64,000 nt of DNA from a virus. Below the pieces are notes generated by a model. It was given only the letters and a program-made list of their open reading frames with translations, was not told where the DNA came from and searched no databases. Shown here one piece after another: positions 56,270 to 64,000 of the stretch (position 1 is its first letter; every line of letters begins with the position of its first letter). The stretch lies in IMG/VR virus record IMGVR_UViG_3300027749_000062, positions 40,242 through 104,241 of that record, one strand, 5' to 3'. Position numbers and translations under genes: made by a program.

Positions 56270-56569
56270 TCATTCTTCAACTCCAAAATGTTCTTTTATA
56301 TCCCATGCAGCATCCATGAGATTGAACCCAACCGGATGTTTTGTCCCAATCTTGCGACCTTTGTATTCAACTATCTCAATACATTCCCTAACAATCAACT
56401 CGGCGAACTTTTCACTGAAGCCATGCGGAATGATACCAATCCCTGCTTGTTTTGATTTTTGTGCAAATTCATCACGCTTTGCGGTTGATAATGTATCTGT
56501 TACAGGTTCCATTTCCGACAGGTATTCATTGGCAGCCTGTTCGGAAAGTTCTTTAATTCGTTCGTTCAT
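56270..56569 (-). CDS. MNERIKEL-type small phage protein
   Basis: MNERIKEL, EKFAELIVREC, IKEHFGVEE. Confidence 0.65.
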   Translation of the reverse strand: MNERIKELSEQAANEYLSEMEPVTDTLSTAKRDEFAQKSKQAGIGIIPHGFSEKFAELIVRECIEIVEYKGRKIGTKHPVGFNLMDAAWDIKEHFGVEE

Positions 56570-56678
56570 TTGATTTTTCTCCAGAAAGTTGTAAAGTCTG
56601 GACGAATAACATACTCCCATCCTTCGGGTATATGTTCAGGAAAGTAATGTGTTTTACCATTGCTGTGTTTGTATAGTT

Positions 56679-56891
56679 TCATATCTTCACTTTTTTTACC
56701 TCGACAAAGGTCCTGTTCTTCAGGTTCATTGTCAAACCATTTTTGAAAAATGCTACCTCATCACTATTCTGCCGGATGTAACCTACAGCCTTCACGGTCT
56801 TACCTTTGGGTTTATCTTCAAACAGATACAAATGATTACAGGCCGCACCGGCCATTTTCCAATTAGTTGTTTCTTTCAGTATGTGATACAT
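56679..56891 (-). CDS. Hypothetical protein
   Basis: 70 aa in tightly packed run. Confidence 0.55.
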   Translation of the reverse strand: MYHILKETTNWKMAGAACNHLYLFEDKPKGKTVKAVGYIRQNSDEVAFFKNGLTMNLKNRTFVEVKKVKI

Positions 56892-57201
56892 AACTCATAA
56901 TCCCTTCAACAATAGCATTGTAAACATCACGAACGGACATATAGTATTCGTAATTCAAATCACCGGGTTGAACATTCTCATATTGATTAAATGACCGAAG
57001 ATCCAAAATATCACAGGCCAAATCTATTGGTAATTTATAAACCTTAATGAAAGTTTCACGGTCAGTATGTTTAGTGAAACCAGCCCTACTGGAGATAAAT
57101 TCATACGACCTTTTGGTCATAAATCCAATATCTTGGGTTGCACAGACAATCAGGTTACTTGCAATAAGCACCTGGTCAATATCTGAAATTGGTTTTCTCA
57201 T
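56863..57201 (-). CDS. Hypothetical protein
   Basis: 112 aa in tightly packed run. Confidence 0.55.
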   Translation of the reverse strand: MRKPISDIDQVLIASNLIVCATQDIGFMTKRSYEFISSRAGFTKHTDRETFIKVYKLPIDLACDILDLRSFNQYENVQPGDLNYEYYMSVRDVYNAIVEGIMSYVSHTERNN

Positions 57202-57446
57202 ATCAGGTCTAATTGAATTTGAAATGATTGCTCTTTCATTTCATGGTCGAATGTTCGTATTGTAGTACCAACACCATCACAATTCTCATCCTTCATGATA
57301 TGCAACACATTGAGCAATGCTGTAGTTTGTGTGCTGAATGGGCCACACACAAGGTCTTGGATTGTTGTAATATAACCAACACCATTGACGATAGCACGAA
57401 CCCGTTGCTTGTTTTTGAAACCGGGAACCATTTGTTTAGTACGCAT
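57198..57446 (-). CDS. Hypothetical protein
   Basis: Start at 57446 after promoter and AGGA. Confidence 0.55.
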   Translation of the reverse strand: MRTKQMVPGFKNKQRVRAIVNGVGYITTIQDLVCGPFSTQTTALLNVLHIMKDENCDGVGTTIRTFDHEMKEQSFQIQLDLI

Positions 57447-57476
57447 AAAAATCCTATTTACTGAGTCAATAGTGGT

Positions 57477-57504
57477 ATTATACACTATTCGGTATAAATG
57501 TCAA
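57477..57504 (-). promoter_or_regulatory. Sigma70 early promoter
   Basis: TTGACA-N16-TATAAT. Confidence 0.85.
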
Positions 57505-57519
57505 TGGTATCTGTTGTTT

Positions 57520-57696
57520 TTAGGCAACAGTCCTAGGATATGTTTTCATCCACTCCACTAGAATGTCTCGAGCTTCATACCGGCTGAGTCCATATTCATA
57601 TTGGATCAATTTGGCACCCTCAAACATATTGACGGCACCAGATTCTCGGACAGCGTCCAGGAAATCGAACATTTCATCTTTAGATTCGTTAGTCAT
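57520..57696 (-). CDS. Small conserved phage protein
   Basis: FLD..RESG..NMF...L..W motif. Confidence 0.65.
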   Translation of the reverse strand: MTNESKDEMFDFLDAVRESGAVNMFEGAKLIQYEYGLSRYEARDILVEWMKTYPRTVA

Positions 57697-57705
57697 AATT
57701 ACCAA

Positions 57706-58182
57706 TCAATATGCATAGCCGTCTAATGCTGCGGTTGTAAGTTTACTAAAAAGAATGTGATTGTCTTTACAAATATCCTTAATCGAGGAAATGATTTTTA
57801 AACGCATCATAGCATCTTCATTTTTCTTTTCAAGTTTATTCATTTTAATTTTTGGTTTAATTTGTTTTTCATAATGTTGAGCGTTACCTTTTCGGCAAGT
57901 CCATTCTAGATTGCTTAAATTACAATTCAATTTGTTGCCGTCTTTGTGGTTAACAATAGTAAAATCATTTTGAGGTTTTTCTAAAAGATTCTCGGCTACT
58001 AACCTATGCACTTGAAAACTGTATGCTTTTCCATTTTTAGAAAGACTTACTTTTTTATAACCATTTGTTGTGGATGGTTTCAATACAATAGTTTTTCCTT
58101 TTTTGTTTGAAACAATATCACCAGTGTTTGATATGGTGTAACCAGGAAACCCAATAATGTTTTTGACAGTCATGACAATCAT
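57706..58182 (-). CDS. Free-standing NUMOD4-HNH homing endonuclease
   Basis: I.G.PGY.ISN.G, VHRLVA, VNHKDGNKLN...NLEW.....N..H. Confidence 0.9.
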   Translation of the reverse strand: MIVMTVKNIIGFPGYTISNTGDIVSNKKGKTIVLKPSTTNGYKKVSLSKNGKAYSFQVHRLVAENLLEKPQNDFTIVNHKDGNKLNCNLSNLEWTCRKGNAQHYEKQIKPKIKMNKLEKKNEDAMMRLKIISSIKDICKDNHILFSKLTTAALDGYAY

Positions 58183-58197
58183 CCTATAAAATATAAA

Positions 58198-59064
58198 TTA
58201 ACCGCAGATAGCGTATTCTGCCAACTCTTTCCACTTACCATTCGGATTAGATTTCCGAATCTTAATCACTTGCATAAGAGTACGCAAGGACAATTCTTTG
58301 ATTTTCTCACACAGAGTATCAATCAGCTCCATTGCATCGGACTTGTGAGTCATAGCAAAATCTTCCATGAAGTCTGGTTGAGTCAACAGGAAATGCATAC
58401 GCTCGACCTTCTGCTTAGCAGTCATAGTCAGGTCAACAGCAAGCGACCGAGTGATGATTGCTTGGTCCATAGAACCTGAGGACAGGTTAGAGATAAACAC
58501 CACGCGGCCTTTGAATTCAAAGACATTAGGCAGGTCTTCATCTTTAATATCTGCACGCCAAGAAATGATACGGCGAGAGTAAGAATCGAGAGCAGCTTTG
58601 AGCAGATTCAACGACACAGGATCTTTGAGCACAGAGTCACAATCATCAAACACGATAACCGAATTGCGGTTCTCATACAGGACGCGATACAGACCTTTAG
58701 GTGTAGAGTAACCTTTGATAACACGATATGAATTCTTGGGGATATTGTCGCCAACATCGAGCTCATCGAGCACAGATACATCATTGAAACCGGCATCACG
58801 CAAAGCGGCCGACACAGTATGAGATTTACCGAGACCACCAGGACCAGTAACAACAACGGACGCTTGGTCGCCGTTAGCGAGCATAGTGACCATATCTTTC
58901 ACAAAACCGAAACGCTGGTTGATTGTGAATTTAGATTCAACGACAGGTTCTGCCGCATCGGTACGCTTGAGCATACGCTCTAAAGCACGGCGATTGGAAC
59001 GCTTGACGGTTTTGCCGTCAATAATAGCTGCAAACTTGTCGCCGATAGTGAAAATGTTAGACAT
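58198..59064 (-). CDS. AAA-type P-loop ATPase
   Basis: GPGGLGKS, IVFDDCD, LLKAALD, F.GRVVFISN, SR. Confidence 0.85.
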   Translation of the reverse strand: MSNIFTIGDKFAAIIDGKTVKRSNRRALERMLKRTDAAEPVVESKFTINQRFGFVKDMVTMLANGDQASVVVTGPGGLGKSHTVSAALRDAGFNDVSVLDELDVGDNIPKNSYRVIKGYSTPKGLYRVLYENRNSVIVFDDCDSVLKDPVSLNLLKAALDSYSRRIISWRADIKDEDLPNVFEFKGRVVFISNLSSGSMDQAIITRSLAVDLTMTAKQKVERMHFLLTQPDFMEDFAMTHKSDAMELIDTLCEKIKELSLRTLMQVIKIRKSNPNGKWKELAEYAICG

Positions 59065-59096
59065 AAAATCTCCAGTTGTGTATCAATTAAGAGTCT

Positions 59097-59124
59097 ATTA
59101 TATCAGGACTGGCAGAAATGTCAA
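59097..59124 (-). promoter_or_regulatory. Sigma70 early promoter
   Basis: TTGACA-N16-TATAAT with TGn extension. Confidence 0.88.
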
Positions 59125-59163
59125 GCAACCACAGTTGTGATTTTTGTTGTTTTTATACAACAG

Positions 59164-59385
59164 TTAGACTTGTCCTTTTAGGCCGTCCACTTTTGCATTG
59201 ATACAGGTGCCTTCCAATGTCTCAATAGGAAATCCTGATTTCTCGGCAATTTGAATCATCACTTTCTTTTGTGTATCGATGGATGCTCTGCATTGTTCTT
59301 CACTCTTATAATGTGTTTGCGCCTGCATAAAATTGCAGCTTCCGTTTAGGCACATGAATAGTACCGGTATAAAAATTTCAATCAT
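59164..59385 (-). CDS. Small four-Cys putative exported protein
   Basis: Hydrophobic N-terminus, C..C..C..C. Confidence 0.55.
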   Translation of the reverse strand: MIEIFIPVLFMCLNGSCNFMQAQTHYKSEEQCRASIDTQKKVMIQIAEKSGFPIETLEGTCINAKVDGLKGQV

Positions 59386-59777
59386 TTTGTTTCCTCTGCT
59401 AATTTCCTATAACCTGACCAACTTGGATGTATTTTGTCGGGCTGAAGTTTTTCAATTGGTAATACAATATCGCCGTGGTCTTTTGCTACGATTTGAACCA
59501 TCTTTTGAACATCAGGTTTGATTGCAGGCAGTATCCAAAACACTCGTTCAGCACTGACCTTAGTCCTTAGTTGTTGTAGTTCCCACATCGTCCTAACACC
59601 CTCATGGTCATTTGAACCTAGGCTGATAATGACTGTTTTCGCATTCAGTTTTTTATCTGCATTCTGTTTGTTCCATTGCCAGCTATTGATACCGCCTTTG
59701 GCATAGGCGACACACTCAGGCTTGAATTGGTGTGTGCCAACTGCAATACTATCACCGAGAATCAAACAATCAATCAT
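59382..59777 (-). CDS. SGNH/GDSL hydrolase
   Basis: GDSIA, G, SLGSND, D.IHP. Confidence 0.88.
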   Translation of the reverse strand: MIDCLILGDSIAVGTHQFKPECVAYAKGGINSWQWNKQNADKKLNAKTVIISLGSNDHEGVRTMWELQQLRTKVSAERVFWILPAIKPDVQKMVQIVAKDHGDIVLPIEKLQPDKIHPSWSGYRKLAEETK

Positions 59778-60118
59778 TTACTCACCCTTAATTCTGCATC
59801 CATATTAACCCAGCAGGCATGCCGATATGTGTATACAAAATCACATAATCCTTCATAAGAACCCCAACCATTCTCTGGATCAAATTGCTTGAAGAATTCT
59901 GGATCAGACATTAGAATGTTCCATCCTTCATCCAAGTAATCAACAATAGTCCGAGCATGGGTAAACCCATGTTCTTCGGGCTGCCATAGAATGTCATAGA
60001 GGGTGAGATTGTTTTCATCAACCATAACCTGACTAGCCATTATAGCCAAATTGTGAGTAATGTTACGACTATAAACAGAGGTAGGTTGCATAACCATTAA
60101 ATCAACATCAAGGCTCAT
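59774..60118 (-). CDS. Conserved phage hypothetical protein
   Basis: MSLDV.L, NITHNL..MA, P.NGWGSY. Confidence 0.65.
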   Translation of the reverse strand: MSLDVDLMVMQPTSVYSRNITHNLAIMASQVMVDENNLTLYDILWQPEEHGFTHARTIVDYLDEGWNILMSDPEFFKQFDPENGWGSYEGLCDFVYTYRHACWVNMDAELRVSK

Positions 60119-60321
60119 TCTTCGACCTCCTCATACCACATTCTCACAGGCATATAACCTAGTGAACTGTTTAACCAATAATCAACTTCCGACTGAGGCA
60201 TTCCCTCTGAAACCAACCATTTGTAGAATTCATTTCCGACTAATGCTTCATCAGGCATTGGTTTCGGGAAACCCCATTTCCAACCACTTGGTGGGTCACA
60301 TATAGTTACAGTTTTTTTCAT
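60115..60321 (-). CDS. Hypothetical protein
   Basis: DPPSGW.WGFPK motif; RBS AAGGA. Confidence 0.6.
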   Translation of the reverse strand: MKKTVTICDPPSGWKWGFPKPMPDEALVGNEFYKWLVSEGMPQSEVDYWLNSSLGYMPVRMWYEEVEE

Positions 60322-60345
60322 ATATGGTCCTTCAAAATAGGTTAC

Positions 60346-60373
60346 ATTATAACAGATTGGTGGGGATTGTCAA
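60346..60373 (-). promoter_or_regulatory. Sigma70 early promoter
   Basis: TTGACA-N16-TATAAT with TGn extension. Confidence 0.88.
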
Positions 60374-60502
60374 GCAATATTAGTTGTTAAGGTGTGTAAA
60401 TAAAGTTCCGGTACACACCATAGCGGCGTATCAGAATCGTAATTAAAACGCCTATGGTCAGTTCCAATGCGAACAAAATCGCTAGTATGGCACCTAAAAC
60501 TA

Positions 60503-60724
60503 TCATTCTTTGGTTTTAGTAATTTGGACTTTGAACAGAATACCACAAAGCATACTAATACCCCAGGCCTGTACCCATTCAATATTGTTAACACCATCAA
60601 CGGCACCAACCAGTGCATTATTCCACAACCACATTACCGGCCAACTCAGTAGAAAACTGAGAAATACAGCAAGCAGAACCATAGCCACAAAGGCACCAAT
60701 AGCAGTAGAGATATTCATTTTCAT
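60503..60724 (-). CDS. Small membrane protein
   Basis: M.LWN, I.W.QAWG...L..ILFK. Confidence 0.65.
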   Translation of the reverse strand: MKMNISTAIGAFVAMVLLAVFLSFLLSWPVMWLWNNALVGAVDGVNNIEWVQAWGISMLCGILFKVQITKTKE

Positions 60725-60869
60725 TTTCTAGTCACTTTCACAATCCAGGTTCTAAAATCACGGCGAGATATATTGGCTATAGGTATACCAGCCGTCTTAC
60801 AGAAATGATACGCTTCAAGATAAAATCCAAATTCTTTCATGCCTGTTCTCCAAATATAAAATTAACCTC

Positions 60870-61379
60870 TTACTTGTTATCAATCACGATAAACTCGGTG
60901 ATACCATACTTTTTGGTCAAGAATGCTTTTGCAGCATCGACCGTAGGACGGGCCGCTTCCGATTTACCACCGAACCAGGCCATATACTTTTGACGGTCTG
61001 CACGGAACACGATAGTACCATCTGCATAGGTTTCCTTAGTAGATGCTTTCGCTACTTTGACTTTTGCTACCTTGACAGCCTTAGGTGCTTTTGGTGCTTT
61101 GACCGATTTTGCTACCTCGACAGTCTCAATATTGGCGACCAATTCAACGGTCACAGGTTGTTTGGCCAGGACCTTGACAGGACCACGCCACGGTAGGAAA
61201 CCGAGAGCACCAGTCTTACCTTTGGCCTGCATCACATCTTCCATGAGATACTCGCAGCGTGACCATTCCTGAGATTCGGCATCGAACCAGCGATACGGAG
61301 TACCGAGTTTCTCACCACGGTCGACCACATACAGGCCAGAGTGAACAGGATTAACACCAGAATTAAATACTTTTTCCAT
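60870..61379 (-). CDS. Hypothetical protein with Lys/Ala-rich linker
   Basis: KAPKAPKAVKVAK; RBS GAGGT. Confidence 0.6.
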   Translation of the reverse strand: MEKVFNSGVNPVHSGLYVVDRGEKLGTPYRWFDAESQEWSRCEYLMEDVMQAKGKTGALGFLPWRGPVKVLAKQPVTVELVANIETVEVAKSVKAPKAPKAVKVAKVKVAKASTKETYADGTIVFRADRQKYMAWFGGKSEAARPTVDAAKAFLTKKYGITEFIVIDNK

Positions 61380-61407
61380 AATTACCTCTATCAACAAATC
61401 AAACTAT

Positions 61408-61436
61408 ATTATAACAGAATCCGACGGATATGTCAA
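61408..61436 (-). promoter_or_regulatory. Sigma70 early promoter
   Basis: TTGACA-N17-TATAAT with TGn extension. Confidence 0.9.
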
Positions 61437-61460
61437 GCGCACTGTTGTTTTTATACAACA

Positions 61461-61700
61461 TTAATATTCATATGCCGAGAAAGTAACAGCATTCTGCTTC
61501 AGGCAGGTAGACTGGCGGCAGTTACGGTTTCGATTAGGAAACGCATCAGCAGGAGTATTACGGGGACCACGGTATCGCAGTTTGTAATATTTACCAGTGA
61601 TTTTAGATATTTCCCGAAATACAGGAAGATATTTAATTGGGATATTAGAATATTCTGCCTGTGCCGAGTAATTAGCGAAAGAATTAAAAGATATTTTCAT
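61461..61700 (-). CDS. Hypothetical basic protein
   Basis: RYRGPR motif. Confidence 0.55.
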   Translation of the reverse strand: MKISFNSFANYSAQAEYSNIPIKYLPVFREISKITGKYYKLRYRGPRNTPADAFPNRNRNCRQSTCLKQNAVTFSAYEY

Positions 61701-61732
61701 GATAATATAATAATTAAATAATTAAATAATAA

Positions 61733-62482
61733 TTATGCCGATTTGAGCATAATTGAAGGGTATTTTACGAAACCAGAGATATCTTTTTTCGCTTTACCTT
61801 TTGCATAGAGACCGACCACAGAGTTTGCAGGGTCCAGAAAACGCAGGTCCGACTCATCGCCGTTAAATACAGGCATAAATTTATAGGTCTCAGGCATTGC
61901 TGAACCTTTTTTGATGCCGAATACTACAGCAATATTATAACCTTGGGTCATCGCCGACATTACATCAGCATCATTACCGTCAGCAGCAGAAAATGTCAGG
62001 TGATAATTAGCAATATTATTCACTTTACGACCTAGCACCTTGGTGTAGTCATAGAATTGGACATTAGGAAATGCCGCGAATATGTTAATATATGTCACAC
62101 CGTCTACCTCGACAGTATATTTTTCCCATGATATATCAGAGGTACCATTGAGGCGGAACACAGGAACCAGACCTTGTTTCGCTGCCTGCTTGATTGCTAA
62201 TTTAATATCAGCGACCAACCACTCAAAGAAACCAGCCCGCTCTTCGTAAAAAAATACCGTTTTACGGATCCGTGCCTTTTGAATTACATTGGTATTTTCA
62301 CCTTTTTTGAACATACCACCGCGACCGGCAGTATTCAAGCAGGCAGCAATACAACCTGCCGTTGCTTTGGGGCAAGTATTATGTCCTGATAATGTAGCAG
62401 GAGCAAGGTGCAGAATATAGGTCATATAACCTTGAGTCATACCCTTGAGCGTTTTAGGATTACCGACTGATAATAATTTCAT
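61733..62482 (-). CDS. GP88-family protein (Cys motif, radical-SAM-like pattern)
   Basis: CP.A..GC...CL..AGRG, RLNGTSD..W, QFYDYTK, YHLTFS, GD..DLRF.D, GL.AKG.A. Confidence 0.75.
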   Translation of the reverse strand: MKLLSVGNPKTLKGMTQGYMTYILHLAPATLSGHNTCPKATAGCIAACLNTAGRGGMFKKGENTNVIQKARIRKTVFFYEERAGFFEWLVADIKLAIKQAAKQGLVPVFRLNGTSDISWEKYTVEVDGVTYINIFAAFPNVQFYDYTKVLGRKVNNIANYHLTFSAADGNDADVMSAMTQGYNIAVVFGIKKGSAMPETYKFMPVFNGDESDLRFLDPANSVVGLYAKGKAKKDISGFVKYPSIMLKSA

Positions 62483-62485
62483 AAT

Positions 62486-62695
62486 TTACTCCACAGAAAC
62501 AATAATATCCATAACCGATTGTAGAAGCATTGACATTTCATAGTCGCCGTTATTATCGTCCTCGCATTCTGCCACCAATTCATATTCGTTTAGAGCATCA
62601 TAAATCAATTCTATTTGCTCCTGAGAAAATAATTGGTGCAACATTGCTTGCTGTTCTGCTTTTGTCATTTTATTGCTTTCAGTATCGTTTAACAT
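62486..62695 (-). CDS. Hypothetical acidic protein
   Basis: Start at 62695 (MLND) or 62668. Confidence 0.55.
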   Translation of the reverse strand: MLNDTESNKMTKAEQQAMLHQLFSQEQIELIYDALNEYELVAECEDDNNGDYEMSMLLQSVMDIIVSVE

Positions 62696-62702
62696 GAGTG
62701 CC

Positions 62703-62730
62703 ATTATACACGAATTGGTCAAAATGTCAA
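62703..62730 (-). promoter_or_regulatory. Sigma70 early promoter
   Basis: TTGACA-N16-TATAAT. Confidence 0.85.
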
Positions 62731-62748
62731 GCAACCATTGTTGCGATT

Positions 62749-63012
62749 TTATACTACACCTACAGTAAGGTTCATAGTATTAAAAGAAATATTAACCAGA
62801 AGCATATTATGTTTCAATAATGCTGCTTCGATTTTATTCACAATATTATACTTGAATTCTTTTTCTTCAACGGATAGATTATGATTCGCTTCATGGAGAT
62901 GGGTATAACCATTATTATCAAAAGTAAACGGTACCAAATATACCTCTTTTGATCCACCTGCGGTCGTGCCATTCAGCAGTCTCCGAGAATTAAATAATAT
63001 CTTATTTGCCAT
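62749..63012 (-). CDS. Hypothetical protein
   Basis: RBS GAGGTAGATATT-ATG. Confidence 0.55.
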   Translation of the reverse strand: MANKILFNSRRLLNGTTAGGSKEVYLVPFTFDNNGYTHLHEANHNLSVEEKEFKYNIVNKIEAALLKHNMLLVNISFNTMNLTVGVV

Positions 63013-63022
63013 AATATCTACC

Positions 63023-63214
63023 TCAATTGTTTTCCGCTTGTTCCAGCATTTCACCGAGTTTAATCAGTAAATCATGCATAGGTTCATTGGTAAGATATAC
63101 ATTATCAATTTGCGGATTAAACAATCGAGTAAATTCCCGCAATTTCCAATCGACCATATCTACAGCAGAACATAATTCATTATATTTTGCGTTTATTTGA
63201 TCCATGTTTTTCAT
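63023..63214 (-). CDS. Hypothetical protein
   Basis: Same RBS GAGGTAGATATT-ATG. Confidence 0.55.
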   Translation of the reverse strand: MKNMDQINAKYNELCSAVDMVDWKLREFTRLFNPQIDNVYLTNEPMHDLLIKLGEMLEQAENN

Positions 63215-63249
63215 AATATCTACCTCGACACCTTTACAGTCCGTTAATA

Positions 63250-63423
63250 TCAATACTCCGCCAGCATTTCATACTCCGACACCACAGTATCAAAAGCATC
63301 CTGCTCTGTCCCAGTTAAGCCCGCATATTCCAGTTCCATTGTTTCAATAGTATCCATAAACGATTCGCATTTATTAGAGTAACCGAAGCGAGAAATCACT
63401 GCCATTGCTTGTCCGAATGTCAT
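63250..63423 (-). CDS. Hypothetical acidic protein
   Basis: RBS AGGA. Confidence 0.5.
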   Translation of the reverse strand: MTFGQAMAVISRFGYSNKCESFMDTIETMELEYAGLTGTEQDAFDTVVSEYEMLAEY

Positions 63424-63445
63424 AATATGTCCTATCAAATAATAA

Positions 63446-63718
63446 TTAAACTAATTCTTCCTGCTTAATATAGCGAATCGCTTCCGCCATAGAATCTACA
63501 GTATCAGTCAACCAACCAGTTTTACCGTCACCAATATCAATTTCCGAATGATTCACGGTAAAAGTATCAAATTCTGTATTATGAATAAAAGTACCGATTA
63601 GTTTAGAATCAGCAAATAAACTGTAATAATAAAACTCCGGGGTAGTATCAGCAGAAAATTTGCTAGATTCACCAATAATATAATAATTCATTTTATAATC
63701 GCTCTTATCGTTTAACAT
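63446..63718 (-). CDS. Hypothetical protein
   Basis: 90 aa, starts MLND at predicted +1. Confidence 0.55.
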   Translation of the reverse strand: MLNDKSDYKMNYYIIGESSKFSADTTPEFYYYSLFADSKLIGTFIHNTEFDTFTVNHSEIDIGDGKTGWLTDTVDSMAEAIRYIKQEELV

Positions 63719-63725
63719 GAGTGCA

Positions 63726-63753
63726 ATTATACACTAATCCGAGAAAATGTCAA
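63726..63753 (-). promoter_or_regulatory. Sigma70 early promoter
   Basis: TTGACA-N16-TATAAT. Confidence 0.85.
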
Positions 63754-63974
63754 GCACTATTCGGAAAGACATTAGAGACCGGTACAGTATTGCTTGTCAA
63801 GTGATAATAGTTGCGATTTGATATTTTAGTGCAAATAAGTGCATTTTTGTGTCATTAAAACAACAGCCCGCAGTATATGTCGCATCCACGATAGTTTGCA
63901 GCAGTATATGTCGCAATTAAGACAGAATAGCGAAGTTTAGTCTGTGTCCGCAATTTTTCTACGAATAATCCAGC

Positions 63975-64000
63975 ATTATATCAGAAAATCCGAAGGTTGT
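63975..64000 (-). promoter_or_regulatory. Probable sigma70 promoter truncated by window edge
   Basis: ...ACA-N17-TATAAT with TGn extension. Confidence 0.55.

Noticed and set aside
57511-57530. LexA SOS box
   Set aside because: CTGT and ACAG are 12 nt apart, not 8
63870-63915. Mini-CRISPR array
   Set aside because: Two 15-bp copies with a 16-bp gap; too short

Overview
AT-rich segment of a large lytic T4-like myophage genome; the encoded outer-membrane barrel, lipoprotein and tmRNA tag point to a Gram-negative, probably proteobacterial host (inference). 1-40.8 kb is a virion module: Ala/Asn heptad-repeat fibre genes, an S74-chaperone tail fibre, a DUF4815/VrlC-like protein split in two, gp8, gp7, gp6, gp25, a three-piece gp5, hub, gp53, gp48, then divergently gp4, gp2, tail tube-like, gp26, gp51 and two paralogous tape-measure-like proteins. 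40.8-50.5 kb holds gp32, gp59, gp33, a nucleotidase, a cell-wall hydrolase, an OMP, an RNA locus, an exonuclease, PhoH, a 2OG oxygenase and MazG. 50.5-64 kb is an early region of small ORFs in cassettes behind consensus sigma70 promoters. Highlights: (1) a circularly permuted tmRNA (tag ANDSAYRLAA) whose predicted transcript also carries two extra tRNA-shaped elements, one nested in the intervening segment; (2) the DUF4815 gene broken by a polyGly-KIICT helical domain plus stop/restart; (3) a predicted -1 frameshift joining gp26 to gp51; (4) a 2OG oxygenase flanked by a duplicated gene end containing a late promoter. All protein calls come from motif recognition and synteny by eye; no searches were run.
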